Assembly: GCA_002104905.1 (NCBI GenBank)
Contig: MCFE01000734.1
Coordinates: 1-41,397 of the forward strand
Length of the DNA: 41,397 nt
Direction of reading: 5' to 3'
Source: Basidiobolus meristosporus CBS 931.73
Lineage: Eukaryota; Fungi; Basidiobolomycota
This document shows positions 1 through 10,628 of the stretch, one piece after another (position 1 is the first letter of the stretch; each line of letters starts with the position of its first letter). The notes under the pieces were generated by a model that searched no databases, was not told where the DNA came from, and saw only the letters and a list, made by a program, of their open reading frames with translations. Position numbers and translations under genes: made by a program.

Positions 1-2248
1 GGAGCAAATCCGTCGAGTATGCTTTCCTGTTTTCTGGTCCCACTTTCCGGTTACTCATCCACTCTCGGCAGGTCCATCCGCGCCAAAAGCTTCCTGTATT
101 TTACCTTCTAGATTCGATATGTAAAAACGTTGGCAGCACCTACATCAATCTTTTCGCCCGAAACATTGTGAAGACTTTCTTAGATACCTTTTTCAGCGTT
201 GACCAAGCGACCCAGAGGAACTTGGAGCGCGTTCTGGGCACTTGGAAAAATGGCCCCAACGGGCCCATTTTCCCTCCAGACCTTCTTTCGAATATCGAGC
301 GCACGTTATTTAAGCATCATCAACGCAGTAAGTCCTCTAACAATCCTCATGCCCATGCTCATCCTAGCCTGGCGCGCAACTCGGTAAGATACTTTTCTTC
401 TTGGGAAACCGACAGAGTCGCTAATCACGATCTCCGTTAGCACAAAGCACAGTCTGACAGGAATATGTCTCAGCGTGTTCCTGCCGGAAAACCAACCAAT
501 TGGCGAGATCCCAGAACAAGACCTGACACTGACGGAGATAGAGCCCCAGAGTCAAGACACTCCATACCTCCCTCTCAACCTACTAACGCATTTCGTCAGG
601 TAGGCTTTTTGAATACTTTTTTCGTTGTTTTCGTTGTTCTATGCCATGCAATATCGCGCAGCAGTTGCCGACTTTCGGTTGGAACAAGGATAAAAGATAT
701 TTTCTATTTCAATAAACAATCCATCTTAATCATTCTAATGGGCGGAGATACTGATATAGCGGCAGCGACTTTATATGTCAATAACTCCATGCTGATTACT
801 ATTTCTTGTACAACGAATGCGTCAAAGAGAATGATGTTGACAGGTTTTTTCTTGTACAATATAGGCCTCTGCTACACCGCCTTTCGATTCGGCTTCCAAC
901 GCTACTGCTCCAAACGGGTCTGTCGATAAACACGACTTGTTGCACGAAATCCGAGCATTGATTGCTCAAAAAGAACAGCAACAACTGCAAACCCCCTCCA
1001 CCGCCACCGAAAACCAAATCCAAATACTCCAGAAGGTTGGTGCTTCCTGCGTTCCAGTTGTGCAGGCGCATAGAGCTCACCAAAACCCTTTGCTTTCCTG
1101 GTTTAGCTACAGACCCTGGTGCAATCAGCCCCGCTTCAACCCAGCCAAGTGGCTGTATTCCGCCAGCAGATCAATCAAATGCGAACCCCAACGGCCTCGC
1201 CAGTACCTACTGCCATACCAAGCCCACCAACAATGTCAATGCCGATTCCAGGTGTCTCTGCTATCCCAACCACTTTCCTAACTGGCACCGCACCTGCTCC
1301 CGCTGCCAATCCCTCAGATCTGTTTCAGAATCTCAGGGCATGTGGACTGCTAGACCCCAATAACCAGCTCAATATCCCAAAAATCTCTAGCATAGCACCG
1401 CTCCCTGGATTGGTTTCCAACGCAGGAATCACACTGCCGCCCTCCCTGCGCAGTTCTCCTCGGTTTCGGGTTCAGCTGACCCACGAGGATATTCAAAAGT
1501 CTGTAGATGGTTCGAGTTTTGATTAGCGGAGTTCCTGCTAACTAGCAACTAAATGTAGAAAGCGTCCAGGTGCAGTAGCTTTGTTGTATGAAGGACTGGC
1601 GCTACAATGCACGACGTGCGGCTTCCGATATAGAAAAGACGAAGCTGGGAGAAAAAAGCTGGACCAGCATCTTGATTGGCATTTCCGTCAGAATCGTCGT
1701 TTAAAGGAAAGAGCGAAGAAGATCCAATCAAGAACCTGGTTCGTATCAGAGGAGGATTGGGTTCACTCGCGAGAGAATCAAGCCGCCTCATCGCAATTGC
1801 CCGCGTTCTTCGATCAAGAAAGCAACGATTCCAAGCAGGAGGAGGAAGACTCGGCATTGAGAGACATGACCATAGTGGTTCCAAACGATCATCATGGTAA
1901 GCCCTGTCCCATATGCAAAGAGAAGTTTGTTAGTTTCTGGAGCGACACCGAGGAGGAGTGGATGTATAAAAACGCAGTTCTGGTAGATCAAGTAGTTTAC
2001 CACGCTACGTGTCACGCCGACGCTCAAAAGGTATGTGCCTCCTGATTGTAGTAGCCAAACCCAATTTGTTAACCCTGGGTCTTTCTTATCAAGAATGAGG
2101 TGATATCCGAAGAAGAAAACATCGAAGATATGAGTGCATCCAAGAAACGCAAGATTGATACAGTAAGCCCCTTCCAAACCAGCCCTGTTAGTTGGTACAA
2201 TCTCTAAATCGGAGTCACGGATATCTGATTTCTTAGGTGGTTGATTAA
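1..2248 (+). CDS. PCF11: Pcf11 cleavage/polyadenylation and termination factor (5'-partial, multi-exon)
   Basis: Spliced translation gives a CID domain (KLPVFYLLDSICKNVG...LERVLGTWK) and the Pcf11 zinc-binding region (LYEGLALQCTTCGFRY...HLDWHFRQNRR...RTWFVSEEDW; CPICKEKF...EEWMYKNAV...YHATC). Frame-consistent GT-AG introns at 17-71, 384-440, 600-864, 1036-1106, 1499-1558, ~2031-2093 and 2163-2236. AATAAA-like signal at ~2354-2363. Confidence 0.92.
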
Positions 2249-2775
2249 GCGTATCTTTGGATGCTCTTTCAGTGAGCCACGCTCCATTTGCCCCTAGCTA
2301 CTTCCAACACAGAAGATTAAAGAATTCAGAATTAATCAATACTCAGCGTCTGTAAATAAATAAGACCATCGTTATCTTTATTGCTCGTTGTTCTTGTACA
2401 CAACACACTTGAATCTGGGATATCCGCAGCACTAACCTTAACAACAGTACACAGAAGGGAGCTGTGTGTAATCCTCAATAGCCAGTCAGCTGCCATTGCT
2501 GATTCCCATCACTGGCTGGCTTGTCACCAGGTGGAATGATCAGTAATGGTCGCGCTGATACGTTTCGTGCCCTGATGCAGGGTTAGGGTAGTCTAACCAT
2601 GGCTGTCGAGTGATGCTGATCGCCATGTGTTCTTGATGAGTGATGATACCTGGCGTGGTGCTCACATGATTCTTTGGCGCAGAGATGCTCCTGATTTGAG
2701 AATGAAACCAGTATAAGCTTTGAAGGCAGCATTTCGCCAGGGTTAGGGTTGGGACCAGCATGCCCTCAAGCAAGT

Positions 2776-3266
2776 TTATTTGCATGCCGATCTCCACGAA
2801 CCAGCTTGAGATGTCAATGCACTAATCGTCTAATCCCAGTTAAAAATTATTCGCCATCGTTAACTCAGCTTTCATTCCCAGCCCGGACTAACTCGACATT
2901 ACATACTTACGCAGCTCCCGCGCATGCTGCTGAATCAGCAGCTAGCAATCCCAACGATTCACACCTGTCGACGTCACCAAGTGGGGTTAGTCATGATTTA
3001 ACGATGACGATATCTGGTAGCACCAATAGCATCCAGATCTGAATAACTTGAATTAATGCACTTTTGATCTCATTAGTTCTGCTCAACATCGATGCTAGTG
3101 ATTCACTTGTATCCTTCGTACCACCAAATGGCCTCAGGAATCTATGCCATTTCTACAATGCCCGAAGTAAATGAATAATGGAATTCTGCCTCATCCAAAC
3201 CCTCACGTCATGATGAAATCCCTCTTTTTGTAAAATAACAGAGATCAGATGAGGGAAGCGTTTCAT
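2776..3266 (-). CDS. Putative small spliced gene (~75 aa) or spliced ncRNA, product unknown
   Basis: Minus-strand splice signals: 54-nt intron 3206-3153 (phase 0, joins MKRFPHLISVILQKEGFHHD to KWHRFLRPFGG), branch GACTAAC plus CAG acceptor at 2965, GTAAGT donor at 2910, TAG acceptor at 2822, stop at 2778-2776, minus-strand AATAAA at 2382-2377. The donor of the middle intron is uncertain and no family is recognised. Confidence 0.3.
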
Positions 3267-3360
3267 GTTACAATCGAATGAGTTCCTGCTGCTTGAGTGA
3301 TATATAATTCCCAGATCTTCCCTTGGTTCACGCACAACTATCACGCTCTCAAGCGCTTGC

Positions 3361-3367
3361 TATAAAA
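3361..3367 (+). promoter_or_regulatory. TATA box of first TMEM14-domain gene
   Basis: TATAAAA ending 36 nt upstream of ATG 3404; the paralog has TATATA at ~4876-4881. Confidence 0.5.
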
Positions 3368-3403
3368 CCCTCTTCCTGTCACCACTAATTATACCGAACA
3401 CAG

Positions 3404-4126
3404 ATGTCTGAAGCTCGCAAGAACACCCACCAAGCTGCCGAGAAGGTTTCCAACGCATACGATGAAGCCACCGACAAACTTCCAGAATCTTCTGAGGTTC
3501 GCAGCAAAGCTCACGACATCGCCCACAAAGCAGCAGATACCTGGGACAACCTGAGCGCTGAGGCTCAAGGAGCCAAGAAAAAGGCTGCTGAAGAATGGGA
3601 GCATGTCAAGGATCAGCTGCCGTCACAGGAAGAAATCCAGCGTAAGGCACAATATGCAGCTGGAAAACTTCAGGAAGGCTGGGAGGTCTTCGAAGATGAG
3701 GCGGCCTTTATCGGCAAAAAAGCCGGCGGTGCAGTTGAGCGAATTGGTTCTCCTATTGCTGCTTACTTTTCAAACACAGACCCCTTACGCCAATGGTTAA
3801 TGTCTGGCCTTTGCTTTGGTGCGTCTGGTTATGCATTCTCATATTTACGCAACTCCAATGCTGGCTGGCTAGCTGCAGGCATTGGCGCTTTATACGCCTA
3901 CGGAGCGAATTTAATTGGTCTGTCAGACTATCAACTTGGATACGACCTTACCTCTGCCGCTTCCATTGGCGTCATCGCACTCTCAGGCCGCAAGGCCTTC
4001 AGTACCAACGAAGGCTTCTCTGTGATCCTTGCCGTCCTCGGTGGAATCACCGGTTTGACCAACATTACTAAGGCGTACCAAATACGATACGGCAAGTACC
4101 AGAGAGGAACCGTAAAGCGCCACTAA
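3404..4126 (+). CDS. Intronless 240-aa protein: N-terminal LEA/apolipoprotein-like amphipathic repeats + C-terminal TMEM14-like membrane domain (paralog 1)
   Basis: Residues ~1-110 are A/E/K/D-rich helical repeats (AHDIAHKAADTWDNLSAEAQGAKKKAAEEW). The C-terminal half has Gly-rich hydrophobic segments resembling Tmemb_14 (LAAGIGALYAYGANLI...GYDLTSAASIGVIALSGRKA...LAVLGG). Confidence 0.75.
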   Translation: MSEARKNTHQAAEKVSNAYDEATDKLPESSEVRSKAHDIAHKAADTWDNLSAEAQGAKKKAAEEWEHVKDQLPSQEEIQRKAQYAAGKLQEGWEVFEDEAAFIGKKAGGAVERIGSPIAAYFSNTDPLRQWLMSGLCFGASGYAFSYLRNSNAGWLAAGIGALYAYGANLIGLSDYQLGYDLTSAASIGVIALSGRKAFSTNEGFSVILAVLGGITGLTNITKAYQIRYGKYQRGTVKRH

Positions 4127-4968
4127 GCATCAACCCTTGGAAACCATCTATACATATCGTGTGGGTTCCCCTTAAATAGAACACTATAACCCATCAACGT
4201 GTTTTCACTCTCGACCATGTTTACATCTCCTAGCTTATGTGAAATCAAGAGAATAAATTGATTTAACCATCCACTTGGCCAGGTCGCTATGAGCCCATTT
4301 CCAGTTAAACAAAATGCCTGTATCAAAACCTTCACTTGTAACTGATTACGTGGTATACAAACAGTGAATAGTGTAAAGCCCTTGCGGGATCATATGCTCC
4401 TACATCAGCCGATGAGAAAAGATTGGCCAGTGTGTCCCGACCATCGTTTCCCTGCGGCAGTTGTTGATTGCGAAGCCATGTCCCGTTGTATCAGTGGAGT
4501 GTTCAGTGGTACATGTCGCTTCATTTTGGGACATGACATGCCGTCCATCCTGTGACAGCCCAATCTCCGAGATGAAAACGCATCGTCATCTTAGTTCGCC
4601 ATGATGACGATGATGCTTTCGACGACGTCATCTGGCTGACACTGAGGGAGATTTCGTGTTCCTTGTGATTGCAATAATCGTACAAACAACTTTATTTGCC
4701 TACGTATATTTTGTAATAGGACCCCATACAGAAATCCCCATTGGGACATGATGACCATGGATAGCCTAGCGTGCGTAGTGGGCTTGCATAAAGAAGGGGG
4801 AACAGATTGCTACTGGTTTCAAAATAGAATAGACGCTATACTTGGTAAACTAACCCGAGGGAATTGGTTTGAAGCTATATATTCTCTCGATCCCCTAGGA
4901 AAGCTTAATCATTGCTAGTAATCCTTACCCAGTGCTCAACATCTCATCCCTTCTTTTCCCTTTGCAAC

Positions 4969-5718
4969 ATGCCTTCCGACGCCCGCAGCAACGCCCACGA
5001 AGCAGCTGATAAATTTGCCAATGCTTATGACAATGCCACTGACAAGCTCCCTAACACATCAGCAGTTCGCGAAAATGCGCGATATGCTGCTGATCGCGCT
5101 GTTGATGCCTGGGAGACCTTGAGCCAAGAGGCACAAAATGCACGTCGTAAAGCCGGAGAGGCTGCAAACCGCGCAGCCGAAGAATGGGAAAATGTCAAGG
5201 AGCAGCTACCGTCTCAGGAGGAGATTAAGCGCAAGGCGGACTATGCTGCTGGTAAAATACAAGAGGGATTGGAAACTTTTGAAACCGAAGCCTCCTACTA
5301 CGCCAAGAAAGCTGGGGGTGCAGTTGAGCGCGTTGGCGCTCCCATCGCGTCTTACTTTTCCAACACCGATCCGCTACGCCAGTGGTTAATGGCTGGGTTG
5401 TGTGTGGGTGCCTCGGGCTATGCGTTCTCCTATCTTCGCAACACTAATGCTGGATGGTTTGCTGCCGGGGTTGGAGCATTATACGCATATGGCGGACATC
5501 TTATTGGGCATGGTGAATACCAGCTTGGTTATGATGTGTCATCGGCTGCCTCGATTGGAGTGATTGCCTTATCCACCCGGAAGGCGTTTTCACATAGTGA
5601 AGGTTATTCGGTTATTTTGGCTGCGCTAGGAGGAGTAACAGGTGTTACTAACATCACCAAAGCATATCAACTACGATATGGCAAATACAGCGCCAGACGT
5701 CCTGCGAGACGTTACTAG
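4969..5718 (+). CDS. Intronless 249-aa tandem paralog of 3404-4126 (LEA-like + TMEM14-like)
   Basis: Collinear with paralog 1 (identical PIA.YFSNTDPLRQWLM.GLC.GASGYAFSYLRN, SAASIGVIALS.RKAFS, TNITKAYQ.RYGKY) with a ~9-aa extra helical repeat. The likely start is ATG 4969, not the TTG at 4912 in the ORF track. Confidence 0.75.
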   Translation: MPSDARSNAHEAADKFANAYDNATDKLPNTSAVRENARYAADRAVDAWETLSQEAQNARRKAGEAANRAAEEWENVKEQLPSQEEIKRKADYAAGKIQEGLETFETEASYYAKKAGGAVERVGAPIASYFSNTDPLRQWLMAGLCVGASGYAFSYLRNTNAGWFAAGVGALYAYGGHLIGHGEYQLGYDVSSAASIGVIALSTRKAFSHSEGYSVILAALGGVTGVTNITKAYQLRYGKYSARRPARRY

Positions 5719-6056
5719 AGTCGCTTGTTCCATCTACAGAAACCATGTCGAGTGAATCTGCCCAAGTATGAACATAAATTAAATATACTAATTCGCTCAC
5801 ATGTTATTCGTAAATATTGTTCATATGCTAATAAATACCTGGCATTAAGGAATCAAATCGATCATGATTGAAGCAGCTTGGTTTTCGCCTGTCTACTGAA
5901 CACCCACCAAGCCATCGATTTTCCAAAATGCACTTGGCCATCGTAGCATGTATATAAATGCCAAGTGGAAGAGAGTACGCAAGCTTTATTGAATAGCATA
6001 TCAAATGGATCCCATGTATGAATGTTCGAAATGCCTCCATTGATTGGGGGGTTCCA

Positions 6057-7453
6057 CTAGAAGCCTTCGCTCACATCTTTATAGATGTCAAATCGTCGTT
6101 GCGTATAGATGGGAATACCCTGTCTTACTTCCTTGAGATAATTTGAATCTGCCAGCAATTGAAGCACTTAGAAATCATGTGGAGCCATGCGGGCAGTTGA
6201 AATGCTTTACCAATTTCACCATAGACTATGGTAGGTTCATGCTCGGTGGTCGCAATCACTTCCCCATTGGGGTTTACAATGGTTGAGTGGCCCCAGGCAT
6301 GGTAGGATGCACTGGTGTCGCGAGCTGGCGAACATGCAGCTACGTAGAACTTGAACAGATGCTTTAGTGCCATGAAGTTGGGTAAGGATAGAACCCACGC
6401 TATACCTGGTTGTCGATTGCACTGAGGATCAAGTGGCCCGATTAGCATCACACATTTGTCAACATTGTGAAAAATAACCGCCTACCGTGCTCTCTGTAAT
6501 AATTCCCAGTGAAGTGGCCCTGTGGTCATGTTGAACGCACCAGGATAAACCATAGCGATGCAGCCTAATCAGAGATTAGATATACCGTTTGCTGTCTTCC
6601 TACTTTTAGCTAAACCTCGATATTACCCTTTCTAGCTGCGATCATGGCAAGCTCCGGGAACCGAATATCGTAGCAAATGCCAACTCCAATCTTCCCATAC
6701 TCTGCATAACAAGGAATCGATAAGAAGCCTGCAAAATACCTGTACTCTTGCTTGCTGCTACTAAATTACCAGTCTCGAAGAAAGTGACTTGATTTCCGGG
6801 ACTTAAGATCTCGCTTTCCTACAGAGTTTGGGTAAACATAACGAAAAAGCCAGTAGGAGGATTCTCTACTTTACCTGGAATCGGATCTTTCCAGGGACAT
6901 CGATATCAAACAAGTGGACTTTACGATGAGTGGCAATCAATTCTCCTTGTGGATTGTAGACGGTGCAGGTATTGTAGAATTTATCTGAGGTTGTCTCCTT
7001 CTCGGGAATGGAGCCTTTGAGTGTTCACCAAGCTTGCATTAGAAAATGCTACTCGTCAGTCGTGTATTAAATTCAGGCAGTACCTGCAACTAAATAAACT
7101 CCCGCTTCCTGCGAGGGTTGAGTTGAGGAAGGGGTTTTGAAAGGAGCAAATTAAGACAGAGGCATACTTTGGCCATTTCCTTCAGAGCTTGGACCGATTC
7201 TCCGTCCGGGATGTACTCAGCATACTGTGGGAAGAAGTTGGTTCCGTAGGGGGAGTTGAAACATTCCTACGAGAAAACGGGTTTAGAAGAGGGCGAAGGA
7301 ATGTGCTACTGCTCAACTTACAGGCAAAACAACCACTTTCGCCCCATTTTTGGCGGCAAGCAATACCTGCTCGTGGGCATTTTCTAGGTTATCCTTCTTT
7401 ATGTCAGTGACATGAAGTTGAATCAAAGCAAGTTTAAAAGTAGCGTTCGACAT
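6057..7453 (-). CDS. NIT2: Nitrilase-superfamily omega-amidase (human NIT2 / yeast Nit3 type), multi-exon
   Basis: Exons give [13 protein letters not shown]...VVVLP|ECFNSPYG (catalytic E), [15 protein letters not shown] (catalytic K), [19 protein letters not shown] (catalytic C), [16 protein letters not shown] and C-terminal [16 protein letters not shown]; stop TAG at 6059-6057. Confidence 0.9.
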
Positions 7454-7876
7454 GAGGATTGCTTGGTGAACTGAAAGTATAGAAAGTATGCAGGGTGGTT
7501 CGGATTTAGGCTGGATGGTGTGAACCTTTACCAATCCTCGACATGCAGATTATCAATGATGATTATAATTTCCAGATACCTAGGGTGGACTCCGGAGAAA
7601 AGCCACATATACCTGGTTAGTCATGATGAATCAAAAGGTAATGATTTTCAATCCGCATTTATTCAGGCCCCCATATACGGAACAATTTGCCGTATTTTTA
7701 TTGTACTGGCGATCAGTTCCCCAAGGAAATGTTACTGTTGATCCAAACCACAAGACACATCTCCTGGACTACAAAGGCAGATGAGTGGACATATGATGGA
7801 TGTATGCTCAATGCTATATGGAACAACCCCGAAGTATAAACAGGACAATATTTCTAAGGAGGAAGTTGGCTCTCAA

Positions 7877-10222
7877 TTAAACAGTCAGGTGCTGCTTCCA
7901 CGAATCTGGAAAAGTACTATACAATCTGGGCCTGCTTGCTTCGAATAATTCCAAGAGCTCTCTTGTTTGCGCATGGCCATCAGACAGAAATGGTAAGACT
8001 ATGGTTCTGGCAGTTTTCATGTCCGGCTCGTTCCCAGATTGTAAAAATATCTTGAACTCTTCGATAGCAGAACAGAAATCCTTGTGTCTAAGTAAAGCCT
8101 CGAAGTATGTGTTCCAGTTATTGACAGTGACCGGGTACTTGCCCACACTGTGCCAGATCTCCTTCACTTTTTCCAGCCCCGAGTTGAATCCAGCCGAGTC
8201 TATCATGATTGAGATCAAAGGGGAAAGGTCTTGGTTCAACCTAGGCTCATTCTCAACACGCTTGAATATACTCTCCACCATATCATGCTGCCCAAGACGA
8301 TTGTACGCATTCATGACAACCGAGTACGTGAACAGGGTAGGTAGGTGCTCTTTCAATCGGCACAGATCGTGGTATTTCTTCAGAACTTCCGAATACTTCT
8401 TCATGTTAAAGAGTCCAGTCAACATTACATTCCATGTCTCCGTAGTCGGTCGGATACGATACCGCCTAAACTCCTTCATGATCCATTCAATCTGGCTGGT
8501 GTCTTTTCTGCTTAGACCGTATTCTAGTTTCAGGTTCAATGTAACAGCATCAGGTGTGAGCTGCTTGTCGCGAATTAATTGCAGAGTCTGTTGAAAGCTC
8601 TTGTGTTGATTTTCATCTAAGCACTTTCTGAGAACTATGTTGTATGTACGTATGTCTGGAGATATCTTCTGTCGTTGGAATTGCTTCCAAATATCATCTA
8701 TTATGCCACTGCTAAGGGAATCATGAATCGAGCAAGTGAGCAAGGTGTTGTACGGATTGATAGTTAGTTGAGGTGTCGAATCTTTGGAATGATAAACTTC
8801 CTCCAGCTGCGATAGAGCGAACCTCACTCCGCCAGTCTTCACATGAGCCATGGTCATGATATTCCGAGTGATTGCGTCTGCTTTCACGTTTTGCTGCAAC
8901 ATGTCATTGTGGATTCGCTCGATGTTGGTGAAATCTTTCAATTTGACCAGCCCGTGAAGAAGAGTATTGAACGTGGATGTGTCCAAAGACAATTGTCGCC
9001 TTTTCATTTCCTGGTACAGTTCCAGAGCTCCTTTAGAGTTTCCTTGCTTTAGGTAGGAATTCAAGACGATATTATAAGTAACTATGTCAGCAACCTTTGT
9101 GTTTTTCACATCTTGATATACTGTCATAATTTCTTGAAATCGGTGATTTTTAAGCAATGCACTTAAGAAGTTGTTGAGCCAAATCGTATCTGAGAACCCC
9201 TCAAGATCTTTCATTCTCTGGAAAATCTCGATAGCTCTGGCATACTCTCGGTGAGAGATGTGCGCGTTAGCATATGATTTGTATGTTACCACGTTCGGTT
9301 GAATTCCGAATTGTGCCATCTCGTCCCACAGCTGATCTACCTTTTCCAGGGAAACGTTGGCGTAGGCATGTATCAAGGAGGTATATGTATATACATTAGG
9401 TTTGTATTTGGTACACTTCATCTCAGTAAACCATTCATCTGCCTTTCTGAAGTATCCATTGTTCAGATACCCTTGGATGATCGCAGTATATGTCACAACC
9501 GATGGTTCAAGTTGAAGGTTTGAGATTTGTTGAAACCAGTGTAAGGCGCTCTTGATGTCGTGCACTTTAAAGTATCCAGTAATCAGCATATCTATCAAAA
9601 CAATATTCAAAGGGATGTTGCGGACTTTCATTTCTTCGAGCAATAGGCTAGCAACATCCATTCTCCTGGATTTACTCGCTTGATTCAGGAGTATGGCATA
9701 GGTGGATGTCGACGTATCTACGCCAGTCAGTAAGATCTGATCTTTGAAAGTAATTCCGGAATCAAGTCCTTTCTGTTCGATCAGCATTTTTAACATTGAA
9801 TTGAATTGTGGAAGGACGGGATACTTAAGACGGGCCATCTCCAATATTAGGTCTCGCGCTGTAGCGGTGTTTTTGGATTTTAACGAAATATCGACGAGCT
9901 GCGAATAGATTTTCAAGTCTGGCACACCAGCAAGGCTCTTGAAAGTTTTGAAGTATTTTTGAAACGATTTATCGTCGTTCTTCTTCAAAGAAGACTTTAA
10001 AAGACCTTTCCAGGCATGCATGCTGTCCTTTGGTGGTTGCGATAAAAGCTTGGTGAGCTGAGAATCATCTCTACTCGGGGAACTATGGGTCTTTTGCTCA
10101 AGTCGCCATATTTTTCCAGTGCTTAGTTTTCGAGTGGATTTGACTCTTGAGAACGATATCCTATTGCAATAATTCAGAAAAAGGTCTTGCCCTTTACAAA
10201 CAGCTCGAACAGGGCCTAACAT
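7877..10222 (-). CDS. Intronless P-type pentatricopeptide repeat (PPR) protein, 781 aa, probably mitochondrial
   Basis: About 18 tandem ~35-aa motifs (e.g. PSVVTYTAIIQGYLNNGYFRKADEWFTEMKCTKYK, ADIVTYNIVLNSYLKQGNSKGALELYQEMKRRQLS). The R/K/S-rich, acid-poor N-terminus is compatible with a mitochondrial presequence. Confidence 0.92.
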   Translation of the reverse strand: MLGPVRAVCKGQDLFLNYCNRISFSRVKSTRKLSTGKIWRLEQKTHSSPSRDDSQLTKLLSQPPKDSMHAWKGLLKSSLKKNDDKSFQKYFKTFKSLAGVPDLKIYSQLVDISLKSKNTATARDLILEMARLKYPVLPQFNSMLKMLIEQKGLDSGITFKDQILLTGVDTSTSTYAILLNQASKSRRMDVASLLLEEMKVRNIPLNIVLIDMLITGYFKVHDIKSALHWFQQISNLQLEPSVVTYTAIIQGYLNNGYFRKADEWFTEMKCTKYKPNVYTYTSLIHAYANVSLEKVDQLWDEMAQFGIQPNVVTYKSYANAHISHREYARAIEIFQRMKDLEGFSDTIWLNNFLSALLKNHRFQEIMTVYQDVKNTKVADIVTYNIVLNSYLKQGNSKGALELYQEMKRRQLSLDTSTFNTLLHGLVKLKDFTNIERIHNDMLQQNVKADAITRNIMTMAHVKTGGVRFALSQLEEVYHSKDSTPQLTINPYNTLLTCSIHDSLSSGIIDDIWKQFQRQKISPDIRTYNIVLRKCLDENQHKSFQQTLQLIRDKQLTPDAVTLNLKLEYGLSRKDTSQIEWIMKEFRRYRIRPTTETWNVMLTGLFNMKKYSEVLKKYHDLCRLKEHLPTLFTYSVVMNAYNRLGQHDMVESIFKRVENEPRLNQDLSPLISIMIDSAGFNSGLEKVKEIWHSVGKYPVTVNNWNTYFEALLRHKDFCSAIEEFKIFLQSGNEPDMKTARTIVLPFLSDGHAQTRELLELFEASRPRLYSTFPDSWKQHLTV

Positions 10223-10628
10223 GGGGCAAGGCCAGCTAATATAAATGCTGATGAATCGGCAAGGCCAGTTAGTGTAATAGTTTTCATAGTGGAATTTCGC
10301 AGAATACTGGCCAAATCAGCAGTAATCAAGATTAATGATTTTAGGTTATTGGCATTGACAATCGGACACCATAACATGCATAGGCATCTACAACATGTGA
10401 AGAGCTCTAGTGAGACTCAATTGGCCATATTTGGTGCTTGGATGAAGATTGTGCCATCTTCACTTGATTCCCACCTTGCTCATCACAGATTATCTTGTGG
10501 AGGTATCATGGATTGCTAAATCAATTTGTAATCTGAAATATTCCTCTTCTGGATCATGTGATGCATAAGAACTTCATACTTGGAATTTATAATGTGCTTC
10601 TGAAATGAACACTATGGTTGATAGGACA

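Noticed and set aside
2640-2694. Possible C/D snoRNA (GTGATGA...CTGA)
   Set aside because: No convincing terminal stem, and the candidate guides do not cleanly match rRNA or snRNA sequence I can recall.
2578-2749. Two CAGGGTTAGGG telomere-like motifs (2578, 2739)
   Set aside because: Under two TTAGGG units each; too short for an interstitial telomere, and factor binding cannot be shown.
8001-8594. 197-aa plus-strand ORF
   Set aside because: Antisense shadow of the PPR gene; no recognisable motifs.
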